Assembly (NCBI GenBank): GCA_947311255.1
Contig: CAMZKL010000022.1
Coordinates: 80,225 to 144,224, forward strand
Reading direction: 5' to 3'
From: an uncultured Chlorobiota bacterium
GTDB taxonomy: Bacteria; Bacteroidota; Bacteroidia; Bacteroidales; JAADGE01
Length of the DNA stretch: 64,000 nucleotides
Under the pieces are notes generated by a model, which did not search any database, had not been told where the DNA came from, and saw only the letters and a program-made list of their open reading frames with translations. The position numbers and the translations under genes were made by a program. Positions 1-10,525 of the stretch are shown here, piece by piece (positions within the stretch are counted from its first letter, which is position 1; each line of letters starts with the position of its first letter).

Positions 1-222
1 TAATGATGGAACTGTTTTTACATCAAATTTAGAATGAATGTCTTTTACTTTATTAACATCTGCAACAAAAACAGTATGCCTATTTTCAAGATTTTCTGTT
101 TTTTTTATACTTTTAAAAGCACATTCACTATTTTCGGATGTCTTTTTATAAATAAACAACCAATAATTTTCCAAAGTGGACTTTTTTTCTTTAAAATCAG
201 AATATGAATTTACAGTAATCAT
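1..222 (-). CDS. thioredoxin-fold protein, partial (3' end cut by window edge)
   Basis: Not in the ORF track because there is no stop in the window. ATG at 222 (rc of cat 220-222) opens a frame that runs to base 1: MITVNSYSDFKEKK...VFVADVNKVKDIHSKFDVKTVPSL. The DV...KF.V.TVPSL stretch resembles the thioredoxin core. The usual WCGPC site is degenerate (SECAF). Confidence 0.4.
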   Translation of the reverse strand, partial: MITVNSYSDFKEKKSTLENYWLFIYKKTSENSECAFKSIKKTENLENRHTVFVADVNKVKDIHSKFDVKTVPSL

Positions 223-362
223 CTAGATTTAATTTAACTTGCAATTATCAACTCTTATGCCACATAAATTTTTATGAAGAAAAGACAGTTTATTTATAAA
301 TATTAACTTTAATATGTCAAAATGTCAAAAAAAACAACTGAACCTGAGAACTTATTTTTAAT

Positions 363-2459
363 CTATTTTAAATACTTATCTAGCCAGCCTTTAAATTCTC
401 TTTGCCAAAGAATTCCATTTTGAGGGCTTAGTACCCAATGATTTTCTTCCGGAAAATAAAGGAACTTTGCAGGAACATTTTTTAATATTGCGGCATTAAA
501 TGCACTCATGCCTTGTGTAGCAGCAATTCTGTAATCTTTTTGTCCGTGAATTACCATAATTGGAGTATCCCAATTTTGAACAAATTTATGTGGCGAATTT
601 GAAAAAGAATTTTGTGCAATTTTATTTGATTTATCCCAAAAAGCACCTCCTAAATCCCAATTTGCAAACCACATTTCTTCGGTTTCCAAATATTGTGCTT
701 CAAGATTAAAAATCCCATCGTGTGCTATAAATGCTTTAAATCTTTTGTTATGATTCCCAGCAAGCCAATAAACAGAAAATCCTCCATAACTTGCTCCTAT
801 TGCTCCCAGTTTTTCTTCATTAATAAATGGTTCTTTTTTTAGTTCATCAATTGCAGAAAAATAATCTTTCATATTTTGTCCGCCATAATCTCCACTTATT
901 TGCTCGTTCCACTCTTGCCCAAAACTTGGCAAACCTCTTCTGTTGGGGGCAACAACAACATATCCGTTTGCTACCATTTGTTGAAAGTTCCAACGATATG
1001 AGAAGAACTGACTTACAGCAGATTGCGGACCACCTTGACAATATAATAATGCCGGATATTTTTTATTTGCATCAAAATGAGGCGGATAAATTACCCAAAC
1101 TAACATATTTTTTCCGTCGGTTGTTTTTACCCATCGTTCTTCAACTTTTGCAAGTTCTAATTGGTCAAGTATATTTTTATTTACAAAACTTAATTGTGTT
1201 TCTTCTCCTGACTGGTTTACGGCAAAAATTTCCGTAGGCATTGACATTGATTGTTTTGTTGCAATTAATTTACCCGACAAAACAGCAAGCGAACGATAAT
1301 TATGGTCGCCTTTTGTAACAGCATTTATTTCATTATTTTCAAGATTTAATTTATAAATTTGAAAACGAGCATGATAATCACTTATCGTATAAATATTTTT
1401 ACCATCAGCCGTCCAATTTATTCCGTGAATATTTTGGTCGAAACTTGTAGTATAATCTTTCTTTTCTTTTGTTGAGAAGTCATAAATAAATAGTCTGTTT
1501 TTATCAGACTCGTAGCCATCTCTTTCCATGCTTTCCCATGCAATTTTTTTTCCATTGGGAGAATAAACAGGTGCTTTGTCGTAACCGTTCATTCCTTTTG
1601 TTAAGTTTGAAGTTTCTTTTGTTTCAGTATTATACAAATAAATATCCGAATTGGTTGATAGAGTATATTCTCTGCCTTTTTTCTTCACACAAGTGTATGC
1701 AATTGTTTTGCTGTCGGGGCTCCAAGTAATTTCCTCAAAACCGCCGAAAGGTTTTAAAGGTGAATCAAATTCTTCATTTTTCATAATATCTGTTTCTTCT
1801 TTTACGGAATTTCCGTCAAAATGGGCAACAAAAATATGACTGTAAGAATCTGTCCAAGTATCCCAATGGCGATACATTAAATCTTCTATTATTCTTGCAT
1901 TTGCTTTTGGTAAATCGGGGTATTTATCAACAACATCTTCGATTAAATCAACTTCTTTTGCAAAAAGAATTTTTGTTTCATCAGGAGAAATTTTAAATCC
2001 GGAAATACCTCCTTCAATATCAGAAATTTTATTTCTTTCGGTGCCGTTCGTATTCATTTTCCATATTTGCATTCCGGCATCATCATATGTCATAAAATAA
2101 ATTTTATTTCCGTTTTTGCTCCAAACTGCATTATATTCTCCTCTGGCAGTTTCGGTAATTCTTTTCATATTTCCGCCTTCAACCGGCATTGTATAAAGTT
2201 CTCTATTACCTTTGTTTTCTTCAATATCGTAGTAGGTTATTCCGAAAAGCAAAGTTTTTTCATCTTTAGAAACCTGCACATCTCCTAAACGACCAAATGA
2301 CCAAAGCACTTCGGGAGTCATAATGTCGCTTTCAAGTTTTAAGTCGGGTTTTTCGATAATTTTTTCTTCTTCTGTTTTTGTATTCCCATCAGTTTTTGCT
2401 GTCTTACAAGAAGTTGCAAAAAACATCACAATTAAAAAAATATAGATTATATGTTTCAT
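363..2459 (-). CDS. S9 family (prolyl oligopeptidase-type) serine peptidase with N-terminal beta-propeller; lipoprotein-like signal
   Basis: Nucleophile elbow GASYGGF, C-terminal ENHW, repeated SPDG/SPNGK propeller motifs. Start moved to ATG 2459 (MKHIIYIFLIVMFFATSC) because the longer ORF-track start at 2567 would overlap cysS. Confidence 0.85.
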   Translation of the reverse strand: MKHIIYIFLIVMFFATSCKTAKTDGNTKTEEEKIIEKPDLKLESDIMTPEVLWSFGRLGDVQVSKDEKTLLFGITYYDIEENKGNRELYTMPVEGGNMKRITETARGEYNAVWSKNGNKIYFMTYDDAGMQIWKMNTNGTERNKISDIEGGISGFKISPDETKILFAKEVDLIEDVVDKYPDLPKANARIIEDLMYRHWDTWTDSYSHIFVAHFDGNSVKEETDIMKNEEFDSPLKPFGGFEEITWSPDSKTIAYTCVKKKGREYTLSTNSDIYLYNTETKETSNLTKGMNGYDKAPVYSPNGKKIAWESMERDGYESDKNRLFIYDFSTKEKKDYTTSFDQNIHGINWTADGKNIYTISDYHARFQIYKLNLENNEINAVTKGDHNYRSLAVLSGKLIATKQSMSMPTEIFAVNQSGEETQLSFVNKNILDQLELAKVEERWVKTTDGKNMLVWVIYPPHFDANKKYPALLYCQGGPQSAVSQFFSYRWNFQQMVANGYVVVAPNRRGLPSFGQEWNEQISGDYGGQNMKDYFSAIDELKKEPFINEEKLGAIGASYGGFSVYWLAGNHNKRFKAFIAHDGIFNLEAQYLETEEMWFANWDLGGAFWDKSNKIAQNSFSNSPHKFVQNWDTPIMVIHGQKDYRIAATQGMSAFNAAILKNVPAKFLYFPEENHWVLSPQNGILWQREFKGWLDKYLK

Positions 2460-2475
2460 TTTTAAAAATTTAGTT

Positions 2476-3945
2476 TTATTGTATTTTCCACTCAGCACCC
2501 TCTCTTGTATCTTTAACAATAATGCCGAGTTCTTTAAGTTCATCTCTAATTTTATCGGAAGTTGCAAAATCTTTATTCTTTTTTGCCTCTGTTCTTAAAT
2601 TTAATAAAAGATTCATAACATCTTTTAGTTTTTCATCTTCTGAGGAAGATTTTTCTTCGTTTTCCAGACCAAGAATTTCAAAAACAATGTCGTTATAAAG
2701 TTTTTGCAAGAAAGATAAATCTTCTTTGTTTATTGTTTCTTTTCCGGCATTTATTGAATTTATAATTTTAACTCCATCAAATAGATGTGCAATTAAAATT
2801 GGAGTATTCATATCGTCATCCAAAGCTTTAAATATTTTTTCTTTAATATCTTGTACATTAACAGAACTTAAAGAACTAATTTTTAAATTGCTTAAAGTTT
2901 TAACAGCATCCATAAGTCTTTTATAGCCTTTTTCAGATGCTTGTAATGCTTTATTTGAAAAATCTAGAGTGCTTCTGTAATGTGCTTGTAAAATAAAAAA
3001 TCTAACAATCATAGGACCGTATGCTTGTTCCAAAAGTTTATGTTTTCCGGAAAACATTTCATCTAGCATAATAAAATTGTTGAGTGATTTACTCATTTTT
3101 TGTCCGTCAATAGTAATTAGGTTATTATGCATCCAATATTTTACTGCATCTTCTCCTTTTGCAGCTTTTGATTGTGCAATTTCGCACTCATGATGAGGGA
3201 ATTGCAAATCAAGACCTCCTCCGTGAATGTCAAATTTATCCCCCAAATATTTTGTACTCATAACAGAACATTCCAAATGCCATCCTGGAAATCCATCGCT
3301 CCATTTTGAAGGCCAACGCATAATATGCTCAGGTTCTGCCTTTTTCCAAAGTGCAAAATCGAATGAGTTTTTTTTATCGCTTTGCCCTGCTAGTATTCTT
3401 GTATTATTTTGCAAATCTTCCAAAACTCTGCCCGAAAGTTTTCCGTAATTATTTGTTTCTGAATATTTTGCGACATCAAAATAAACCGAACCGTTAACTT
3501 CATAGGCAAAACCGTTTTTTAAAATTTCTTCAACCATTTCTGCCTGTTCTATAATATGGGCAGATGCATGTGGCTCAATACTCGGAGGTAATGTGTTAAG
3601 TTGCTCCATGTTTTTATGGTAGCTGTTCGTATATTTTTGAACAATCTCCATCGGCTCAACTTGGTCTAGCTTTGCTTTTTTTGCAATTTTATCTTCCCCT
3701 GCATCTGCATCGTTTACAAGATGCCCTACATCTGTAATGTTTCTAACATAGCGAACTTTATATCCGACATATTTCAAATATCTGAAAAGCACATCAAAGG
3801 TAATTGCCGGGCGAGCATGTCCCAAATGAGAATCGCCGTAAACCGTAGGTCCGCAGACGTACATTCCCACAAAAGGAGGATTTAACGGTTCGAATAACTC
3901 TTTTTTTCTTGTAAGGGTGTTGTATATTGTTAAATTATTTTTCAT
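2476..3945 (-). CDS. cysS: cysteine--tRNA ligase
   Basis: Class I signature HLGHAR (HIGH-type) and KMSKS both present; length 489 aa is typical. Confidence 0.95.
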   Translation of the reverse strand: MKNNLTIYNTLTRKKELFEPLNPPFVGMYVCGPTVYGDSHLGHARPAITFDVLFRYLKYVGYKVRYVRNITDVGHLVNDADAGEDKIAKKAKLDQVEPMEIVQKYTNSYHKNMEQLNTLPPSIEPHASAHIIEQAEMVEEILKNGFAYEVNGSVYFDVAKYSETNNYGKLSGRVLEDLQNNTRILAGQSDKKNSFDFALWKKAEPEHIMRWPSKWSDGFPGWHLECSVMSTKYLGDKFDIHGGGLDLQFPHHECEIAQSKAAKGEDAVKYWMHNNLITIDGQKMSKSLNNFIMLDEMFSGKHKLLEQAYGPMIVRFFILQAHYRSTLDFSNKALQASEKGYKRLMDAVKTLSNLKISSLSSVNVQDIKEKIFKALDDDMNTPILIAHLFDGVKIINSINAGKETINKEDLSFLQKLYNDIVFEILGLENEEKSSSEDEKLKDVMNLLLNLRTEAKKNKDFATSDKIRDELKELGIIVKDTREGAEWKIQ

Positions 3946-4053
3946 AATCTTACTTTTTTATTCTTACATTACATTGCTAAATTGTTTAATTGATAATTTA
4001 TTTTATCAGCCAATCAACAGGTTGTCAACTCTGCTAGTCACATCATCTACTAA

Positions 4054-4404
4054 TCATTTTGTCATTGTAATACTAACTTTTTTAATTTTTCCGCCCATTG
4101 GGGGATTCATTTTCGACAGCTTTATGCTTACCGATTTCATATTATCAAGATTTTCATATAATGCATGTAAAATTCGACCTGCAATATTTTCTAATAGATT
4201 AGATTTTTTTTGCATTTCTGATTTTATAATTTTATAAGCCGTTTGATAATTTACTGCATCTTCGATTTTATCACTTTCCGCAGCCTTTCGGCAATCGGTT
4301 TCAATTTTCAAATCAACCAAAAAACGATTGCCTACAATTTGTTCCTCTTTGTAATGCCCGTGATAGGCATAAAATTCCATTCCTTCAATCTCAATAAATC
4401 CCAT
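4054..4404 (-). CDS. folB: dihydroneopterin aldolase
   Basis: 116 aa. N-terminus IEIEGMEFYAYHGHYKEEQIVGNRFLVDL is characteristic of FolB. Confidence 0.85.
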   Translation of the reverse strand: MGFIEIEGMEFYAYHGHYKEEQIVGNRFLVDLKIETDCRKAAESDKIEDAVNYQTAYKIIKSEMQKKSNLLENIAGRILHALYENLDNMKSVSIKLSKMNPPMGGKIKKVSITMTK

Positions 4405-4468
4405 TTCTGAGTTTTTAAAATTTATAATTTACAAATGTATTAAATAATAATATGAAAATATTTAGAAT

Positions 4469-5641
4469 CTAAAAAAGATTCAATTGCTTTTTAGCATTAT
4501 TGAAGAATATTTCTAATTTTTTAGCAGCTTCTATAAGTGTTTCGTCAGTTTTAGCAAAACAAAATCTAATAGTTTTTGTATTTGACTCATCATGATAAAA
4601 AGAAGACATTGGAATTCCTGCAATTCCAAATTTCTTAATAAGCCGTTCAGCTAATTGAAAATCGTTTTCATCTGTATAATTAGAGAAATTTACTGTTTGA
4701 AAATATGTACCTCCAACGGGTTTCACTTCAAATCCAATATTTGTCAATAATTCATTAAACAAATCTCTTTTTTTTTGATAAAAACTTGAAAGTTTTAAAT
4801 ACTCAACTTCTTTGTCTAGATATTCTGCTATTGCATATTGAATAGGTGTATTTGCGGCAAATACAGTAAATTGATGTACTTTTCTTATTTCTGATGTAAT
4901 TTTTTCAGGAGCAATAAAATAACCGAGTTTCCAGCCGGTTGCATGATACATTTTTCCAAAAGAATAAACAATAATACTTCTTTCTGCAAGTTCAGGATAT
5001 TTAGAAATACTATTATGTTGTTTTTTATCAAAAATTATATGCTCATATACCTCATCACTAAGAATTAAGATATTGGTTCCTGTAACAACTTTTTTTAATT
5101 TATTAATATCTTCCTCAGAAAAAACTTTTCCGGAAGGATTATGAGGAGAATTAATAATTATTAGTCTTGTTTTTGAATTAATAGTCTTATTTACTGCTTC
5201 CCAATCAATTGAATAATTGGGATGTTTGAGTTTAATATATATTGGTCTTCCTCCGTTATATTTAACAACTGGTGCATAACTATCATAAGCGGGCTCAAAA
5301 ATTATAACCTCATCACCTTCTCTAATAATTGTAGAAATTGCAGAATGTAGTGCTTGTGTTCCTCCTGCAGTAATAGTTATTTCTGTTTCAGGATTGTATT
5401 TTCTTCCGTATAATTTTTCAGTTTTTTCAGACAACTTTTCTCTTAAAGGTAATATTCCTTGCATAGGGGCGTATTGATTATGCCCATTTTGCATTGCTTT
5501 ATAGACAAGAGAAGCCAATTCTTTTGATATTTCAAAATTTGGAAAGCCTTGAGACAAGTTAATTGCATTATGTTCTTTCGCCATTGCAGACATTACAGCA
5601 AAAACAGAAGTTTTAATATTTGGAATCTTAGGTTTTATCAT
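4469..5641 (-). CDS. class I/II PLP-dependent aminotransferase (methionine aminotransferase/YbdL-like)
   Basis: LSQGFPNF, NSPHNPSG and SFGKMYHATGWKLGY (PLP lysine) motifs. Start moved to ATG 5641 because the ORF-track TTG at 5662 lies inside a consensus -7 box (rc TACTTTTG, 5660-5667). Confidence 0.85.
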   Translation of the reverse strand: MIKPKIPNIKTSVFAVMSAMAKEHNAINLSQGFPNFEISKELASLVYKAMQNGHNQYAPMQGILPLREKLSEKTEKLYGRKYNPETEITITAGGTQALHSAISTIIREGDEVIIFEPAYDSYAPVVKYNGGRPIYIKLKHPNYSIDWEAVNKTINSKTRLIIINSPHNPSGKVFSEEDINKLKKVVTGTNILILSDEVYEHIIFDKKQHNSISKYPELAERSIIVYSFGKMYHATGWKLGYFIAPEKITSEIRKVHQFTVFAANTPIQYAIAEYLDKEVEYLKLSSFYQKKRDLFNELLTNIGFEVKPVGGTYFQTVNFSNYTDENDFQLAERLIKKFGIAGIPMSSFYHDESNTKTIRFCFAKTDETLIEAAKKLEIFFNNAKKQLNLF

Positions 5642-5659
5642 TTTGAAAAAATTGAGGGA

Positions 5660-5667
5660 CAAAAGTA
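5660..5667 (-). promoter_or_regulatory. Bacteroidota-type -7 box TACTTTTG for the aminotransferase gene
   Basis: Exact TAnnTTTG match on the minus strand, about 19 nt upstream of ATG 5641. Confidence 0.45.
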
Positions 5668-5912
5668 AAAAAATATCTCTCTCCTAAAATATTTTTTTGA
5701 TAAAATTAAAGATTAAAATCCTTAAACACAGATTAGGGCAATTCCAGGGCAAACTAATACTCTTATTTTTTAATATAATTTAAGGGGACTTCTAAAAATT
5801 TAGTAATCTTAACTATAATTTTTACAGCCTAAATAATTAGAAATACACATTTTTATCTATGTTTTTTTACAAATAAATTTATTATTGAGTTAAATATAAA
5901 AAGCTCAGATAC

Positions 5913-6085
5913 ATGAAACACCCACAACAAAGATTTTGACACCCAAGGGCATGACTATAATTCAGCACAATGATTATGTGCAAAAGAAAGCAAGTATTCC
6001 TATGTGCAGAGCAAAATAAATATTAATAAACAATAAAAACCCAAACAACTTACTCAATATCAGTTAATTATAAAAATTTAGACAC
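5913..6085 (+). promoter_or_regulatory. conserved leader cassette, copy B (orphan)
   Basis: Aligns by eye with rc(19055-19225) and rc(20637-20800). The 95-nt core 5913-6007 matches copy A at 77 of 95 positions. The AACTTAyTCAATATCArTTA box and the TAGA..ATG end are also shared. It ends at an ATG (6086) that opens only a 43-codon ORF. Confidence 0.7.
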
Positions 6086-6122
6086 ATGAAAAAGACTTCT
6101 GTCAAGAATTTTTTAACCAAAT

Positions 6123-6761
6123 TCATTCTTTCAAAAAAGGATTTGTTAATTTTTCTTTACCTATTGATGTTTCTATTCCATGTCCTGGATATACAACTGT
6201 TTCATCATCCAATTTAAAAAGTTTAGTTTTAATTTGAGATATTAAAGTATCATAATTTCCTCCAGGCAAATCTGTTCTTCCAATACTTCCGTTAAATAAA
6301 ACATCACCAACAATTGCAATTTTTACCTTTCTGTTAAAAAAGACCAAACTTCCGGCAGAATGACCGGGTATATGCAAAATCTCCAATTCTGAGAAACCAA
6401 ATTTTACAGTTTCACCTTCTTTTAAAAACTTTCTAATTGGGTAAGGTTCTTCCATATGAACACCATATATATTAGAAGCATTTAGAGCATTTGTATTATT
6501 GTACTCTTCTTCTTTATGAGCTTCCATTTCTAAATTAAAAGTATCAGAAACAAATTTACTTCCAAAAACATGATCAAGATGACAATGAGTATTTAATAAC
6601 CTTACGGGTTTTAAGTTATTCTCTTTTATAAATTTTAATAAATATTCCTGTTCTTGCTTATTATTACAGGCAGAATCAACTATTACACATTCATTAGACT
6701 TATCTGTAACAATATAAGTATTTACTTCAAAAGGGCTAAAAACTAAGCGGTGTATCTGCAT
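6123..6761 (-). CDS. MBL-fold metallo-hydrolase (glyoxalase II-like)
   Basis: HCHLDH (HxHxDH) zinc motif, later PGHS and TDLPGG motifs; 212 aa. Confidence 0.85.
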   Translation of the reverse strand: MQIHRLVFSPFEVNTYIVTDKSNECVIVDSACNNKQEQEYLLKFIKENNLKPVRLLNTHCHLDHVFGSKFVSDTFNLEMEAHKEEEYNNTNALNASNIYGVHMEEPYPIRKFLKEGETVKFGFSELEILHIPGHSAGSLVFFNRKVKIAIVGDVLFNGSIGRTDLPGGNYDTLISQIKTKLFKLDDETVVYPGHGIETSIGKEKLTNPFLKE

Positions 6762-7031
6762 TTATATATTTTTTTACTGTAATAGTATTAAAAAACGATT
6801 AATTATTAAAATATTTTTAAATCCATTAGATTCCTTATCCGTTAAAATTTGTTAAAAGAAACAAAACAAGACTTAGTGTATAGCATTGGAATACTGAATA
6901 TTACACTTATATATTAAGTAAAAGACTTATTTTTAAAATAGCAGAAAATCATTAATAATTTTTTTTTTCATCAAGATTTAATTTTCTTTGCAACTCACAA
7001 TCAAAATATTTATTAATTAAAATTTATTATT

Positions 7032-7268
7032 ATGTCAGACATTGCCTCAAGAGTAAAAGCAATTATTATCGACAAATTAGGAGTAGAAGAAAGTGAAGTA
7101 ACAACAGAAGCAAGTTTCACTGATGATTTAGGTGCAGATTCTTTAGATACTGTTGAGTTAATCATGGAATTTGAAAAAGAATTCAATATTGCAATTCCGG
7201 ATGACAAAGCAGAAACAATTGCTACGGTAGGTGACGCTGTAAGTTACATCGAAGAGAATTCAAAATAA
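7032..7268 (+). CDS. acpP: acyl carrier protein
   Basis: 78 aa with the [17 protein letters not shown] phosphopantetheine-attachment motif. Confidence 0.96.
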   Translation: MSDIASRVKAIIIDKLGVEESEVTTEASFTDDLGADSLDTVELIMEFEKEFNIAIPDDKAETIATVGDAVSYIEENSK

Positions 7269-7340
7269 ATTTTTTCTGAGGGTTATATTATAAAAATATA
7301 ATCCTCATTCTCTTTTTTTAATTAAAAAAGACAAACAAAT

Positions 7341-8591
7341 ATGGAATTAAAACGAGTTGTTGTAACTGGTTTGGGAACAATTAATGCTCTCGGACATAAT
7401 CTCAAAGAAACTTGGGACAATATGCTTGATGGAGTTAGTGGTGCAGGACCAATTACTCATTTTGATGCAAGTAAATTTAAAACACAATTTGCTTGTGAGG
7501 TTAAAAATTACGACCCCCTTAAATATTTTAAAAAACCTGTTGCACGAAAAATGGATAAATTCACGCAATTTGCCATAATTGCTGCTGATGAAGCAGTAGC
7601 TGATGCAGGTTTTAATTTAGATAAAATTAATTTAGATAGATCTGGTGTTATTTGGGCATCTGGAATTGGGGGATTACAAACTTTTAGAGATGAAATTGTA
7701 GATTACACTCAAAATGATTTTACCCCAAGATTTAACCCATTTTTTATTCCTAAAATGATAGCAGATATTGCTGCTGGACATATTTCAATAAAATATCAGT
7801 TTAGAGGTCCTAATTATGCAACAGTTTCTGCTTGTGCATCTTCATCGCATGCACTAATTGATGCATATAATCTTATTAGATTAGGCAAAGCAGATATTTT
7901 TATTGCAGGAGGCTCTGAACATGCTGTTACAGAAGCTGGTGTAGGAGGTTTTAATTCTATGAGAGCACTTTCAACTAGAAATGATGATCCAAAAACAGCA
8001 TCAAGACCTTTTGATGCAGGCAGAGATGGATTTGTAATTGGAGATGGTGGAGCTGCTTTAATTCTTGAAGAATACGAACACGCAAAAAAACGTGGTGCTA
8101 AAATATATGCAGAATTTGCAGGTGGAGGTATGACAGCTGATGCACACCATATTACAGCTCCTCATCCAGAAGGCAGAGGTGCAACAATGGTAATGAAAGT
8201 TGCAATTGAAGATGCCGAATTAAAGCCTGAAGATATTGATTATGTTAACCTACATGGTACTTCAACCGGCTTAGGAGATATTGCAGAAACAAAGGCTGTT
8301 GTTAATGTTTTTGGAGAACATGCCTATAAATTAAGTATAAGTTCAACAAAGTCTATGACAGGACATTTACTTGGGGCAACAGGAGCAATGGAAGCTCTTG
8401 CTTCAATTATGGCAATAAAAACAGGAAATATTCCTCCAACAATTAATCATTTTGAATTAGAACCTTTAATTGATTCAAAACTTGATTTTACTTTTAATAA
8501 GCCTAAAAAAAGAAATGTAAGAGCAGCATTAAGCAATACTTTTGGTTTTGGAGGCCATAATGCTTCTTTAATTTTTAAAAAATTTGAATAA
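7341..8591 (+). CDS. fabF: beta-ketoacyl-ACP synthase II
   Basis: 416 aa. Active-site ACASS Cys, HGTST and GHLLGA(T/A)G motifs; sits downstream of acpP. Confidence 0.95.
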   Translation: MELKRVVVTGLGTINALGHNLKETWDNMLDGVSGAGPITHFDASKFKTQFACEVKNYDPLKYFKKPVARKMDKFTQFAIIAADEAVADAGFNLDKINLDRSGVIWASGIGGLQTFRDEIVDYTQNDFTPRFNPFFIPKMIADIAAGHISIKYQFRGPNYATVSACASSSHALIDAYNLIRLGKADIFIAGGSEHAVTEAGVGGFNSMRALSTRNDDPKTASRPFDAGRDGFVIGDGGAALILEEYEHAKKRGAKIYAEFAGGGMTADAHHITAPHPEGRGATMVMKVAIEDAELKPEDIDYVNLHGTSTGLGDIAETKAVVNVFGEHAYKLSISSTKSMTGHLLGATGAMEALASIMAIKTGNIPPTINHFELEPLIDSKLDFTFNKPKKRNVRAALSNTFGFGGHNASLIFKKFE

Positions 8592-8600
8592 GAGAATATT

Positions 8601-9329
8601 TTGACTCGTTTTTCAAAAAAAAATCCTTGTATTAATGCAAAATATAAAAGATTTTTAAAAAATCTCTTAGGGTTTAAACCTAAAGATATAAATCTTTATA
8701 TTCTTGCTTTTACTCATAAATCTTCTGATTTAAATGATTGTCTTGAAGATTCTTCTTTAAACAATGAGCGATTAGAATACCTAGGCGATGCCATTTTAGA
8801 TGCTGTTATCAGTGATTTGCTTTACAAAAGATTCCCAACAGCAGATGAGGGTTTCTTAACTCAAATGAGAACAAAAATTGTTAACGGTAAAAAATTAGCT
8901 GAACTTTCTCATAAATTAAACATTAATAAATTAATGTTAGTAAAATCTGAAAAGAATCTTTCAGAACGTATTTATGAAGACGCTTTTGAAGCACTTATTG
9001 GTGCAATATATATAGATAGGGGTTTTAAATATGCAAAACGCTTTGTTTTTCAAAAAATTATGGTTGAACATATCGATTTAAACAAACTAAAATATATAGA
9101 CACTAATTTTAAAAGTAAAATAATTGAATGGTCTCAGAAACATAAAATAAATATTGATTTTTGCACTAATGCAGTTTCTGAAAACTCAAAAGAATTTCTT
9201 TGCGAATTAAAAATATCAGATAAAGTTATCGGAAAAGGAAAAGCATTTTCTAAAAAAACAGCAGAGCAATTTGCTTCAAAAGATGGTTTAGAAAAGATTA
9301 AAAATGGTTTTTTTAATCTAGTCATTTAA
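8601..9329 (+). CDS. rnc: ribonuclease III
   Basis: NERLEYLGDAILD signature and a C-terminal dsRBD-like region. Apparent TTG start. Confidence 0.9.
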   Translation: MTRFSKKNPCINAKYKRFLKNLLGFKPKDINLYILAFTHKSSDLNDCLEDSSLNNERLEYLGDAILDAVISDLLYKRFPTADEGFLTQMRTKIVNGKKLAELSHKLNINKLMLVKSEKNLSERIYEDAFEALIGAIYIDRGFKYAKRFVFQKIMVEHIDLNKLKYIDTNFKSKIIEWSQKHKINIDFCTNAVSENSKEFLCELKISDKVIGKGKAFSKKTAEQFASKDGLEKIKNGFFNLVI

Positions 9330-9331
9330 TT

Positions 9332-9934
9332 TTGCTAAAGTATCATCTGAATATTAAGCTCATTGAAGCCGGCTGCGACGAAGCCGGAAGAGGTTGTCTT
9401 GCGGGGCCGGTTTTTGCTGCCGCAGTTATTTTTCCTAAAAACTATAAAAATAATCTTTTAGACGATTCTAAAAAACTTTCAAAAAAAAACAGATATTTTT
9501 TAAGAAAGCAAATTATTAATGACAGTATTTCTTGGGCAGTTGCCAGTGTTGACAATCTTGAAATTGATAAAATTAATATTTTGAATGCATCAATAAAAGC
9601 AATGCAACTTGCTCTTGACAAATTAGATATAAAACCTGAACATATTCTTATTGATGGTAACAGATTTAAACCTTATAAAAGTATTCCACATACTTGTATT
9701 ATAAAAGGTGATGAAAAATATATGTCAATTGCAGCAGCATCAATACTTGCTAAAACATTTCGTGATGACTACATGATTGATCTACATAAAAAATTCCCCG
9801 AATACGATTGGAATAAAAACAAAGGGTATCCTACAAAAAAACATCGCGAAGGGATTATTAAATGCGGTATAACAAAATATCACAGAAAAACTTTTCGTCT
9901 TCTTGACAAACAAATCAAAATAAAATTTGATTAA
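9332..9934 (+). CDS. rnhB: ribonuclease HII
   Basis: AGCDEAGRGCLAGPV catalytic motif; 200 aa. Apparent TTG start 2 nt after the rnc stop. Confidence 0.92.
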   Translation: MLKYHLNIKLIEAGCDEAGRGCLAGPVFAAAVIFPKNYKNNLLDDSKKLSKKNRYFLRKQIINDSISWAVASVDNLEIDKINILNASIKAMQLALDKLDIKPEHILIDGNRFKPYKSIPHTCIIKGDEKYMSIAAASILAKTFRDDYMIDLHKKFPEYDWNKNKGYPTKKHREGIIKCGITKYHRKTFRLLDKQIKIKFD

Positions 9935-9995
9935 TTGATAAGTATTCTTGTAAAATAGCTAAATTTGTCTTTTAAATAATTAAAAATATGATCCT

Positions 9996-10460
9996 ATGAA
10001 AATATTATCAATAATAACTTTACTTTCGATATCTTCAATAATGTGCTTCAATAAATTTGAAATAATTGATGCAACTTCTAAAAAATGGACAGGTGGAATT
10101 CCCCAAGCAGGATACGGCACAAACTATGACATTACTATTGTTCCAAAAGTAAATTCTGACAAGTTAGTATTTGACAGAATTTGGATTGGAGAGAAGTATT
10201 TTGGTGTTTCAACATTTCAAAAAGGGAAAGATATTAGAAATAATATCTTTAGTAAAGGAGATACAATTTCAATTTTAGTAACAGATAGAATTGCAAGAAA
10301 ACCTCTTCCGTATGTAGAAAAAGGAAAATGCCTTGTTGAAAAACATGAACTTCCTTATAAATATGAAGGAGAAGCACTTTTATCATACACATATAAAGGG
10401 AAAAGAAAATATATTGAAATTTCAAAATTTACAAAATTAAAAGAAGATTTTTATCCTTAG
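9996..10460 (+). CDS. hypothetical secreted protein
   Basis: 154 aa with an N-terminal signal-like segment MKILSIITLLSISSIMC. Preceded by an exact TAAATTTG -7 box near 9960. No family recognised. Confidence 0.55.
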   Translation: MKILSIITLLSISSIMCFNKFEIIDATSKKWTGGIPQAGYGTNYDITIVPKVNSDKLVFDRIWIGEKYFGVSTFQKGKDIRNNIFSKGDTISILVTDRIARKPLPYVEKGKCLVEKHELPYKYEGEALLSYTYKGKRKYIEISKFTKLKEDFYP

Positions 10461-10525
10461 TTGAAATTCTAAGATGAATATAGGAGATTGTTAAAATAAT
10501 GAGAGAATAGTTTAAAAAAAGAAAA

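Noticed and set aside
5717-5727. Recurring AAATCCTTA 9-mer in several intergenic regions (near 5717, 29026, 46583 and 50741)
   Set aside because: It seems over-represented by a rough composition estimate. However, the orientations and contexts are inconsistent, and a 9-mer in AT-rich DNA is too short to call without genome-wide statistics.
5668-5912. Riboswitch or long 5' UTR for the aminotransferase gene
   Set aside because: A consensus -7 box sits about 19 nt from ATG 5641, which implies a very short UTR. I also saw no recognisable riboswitch core motifs in the reverse complement.
5913-5939. Conserved leader peptide starting at the ATGAAACA box (MKHPQQRF / MKHQRQKI / MKHYKRNFDSQWQNYNLAH)
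   Set aside because: Length and frame are not conserved. The three copies give 8, 8 and 19 codons because of a 1-nt indel. The conservation is therefore at the nucleotide level, not the peptide level.
6086-6217. 43-codon ORF after leader copy B as a real gene
   Set aside because: It has no signal peptide or domain and overlaps the MBL CDS antisense by 95 nt. I treat it as a relic or non-coding and discuss it in the findings.
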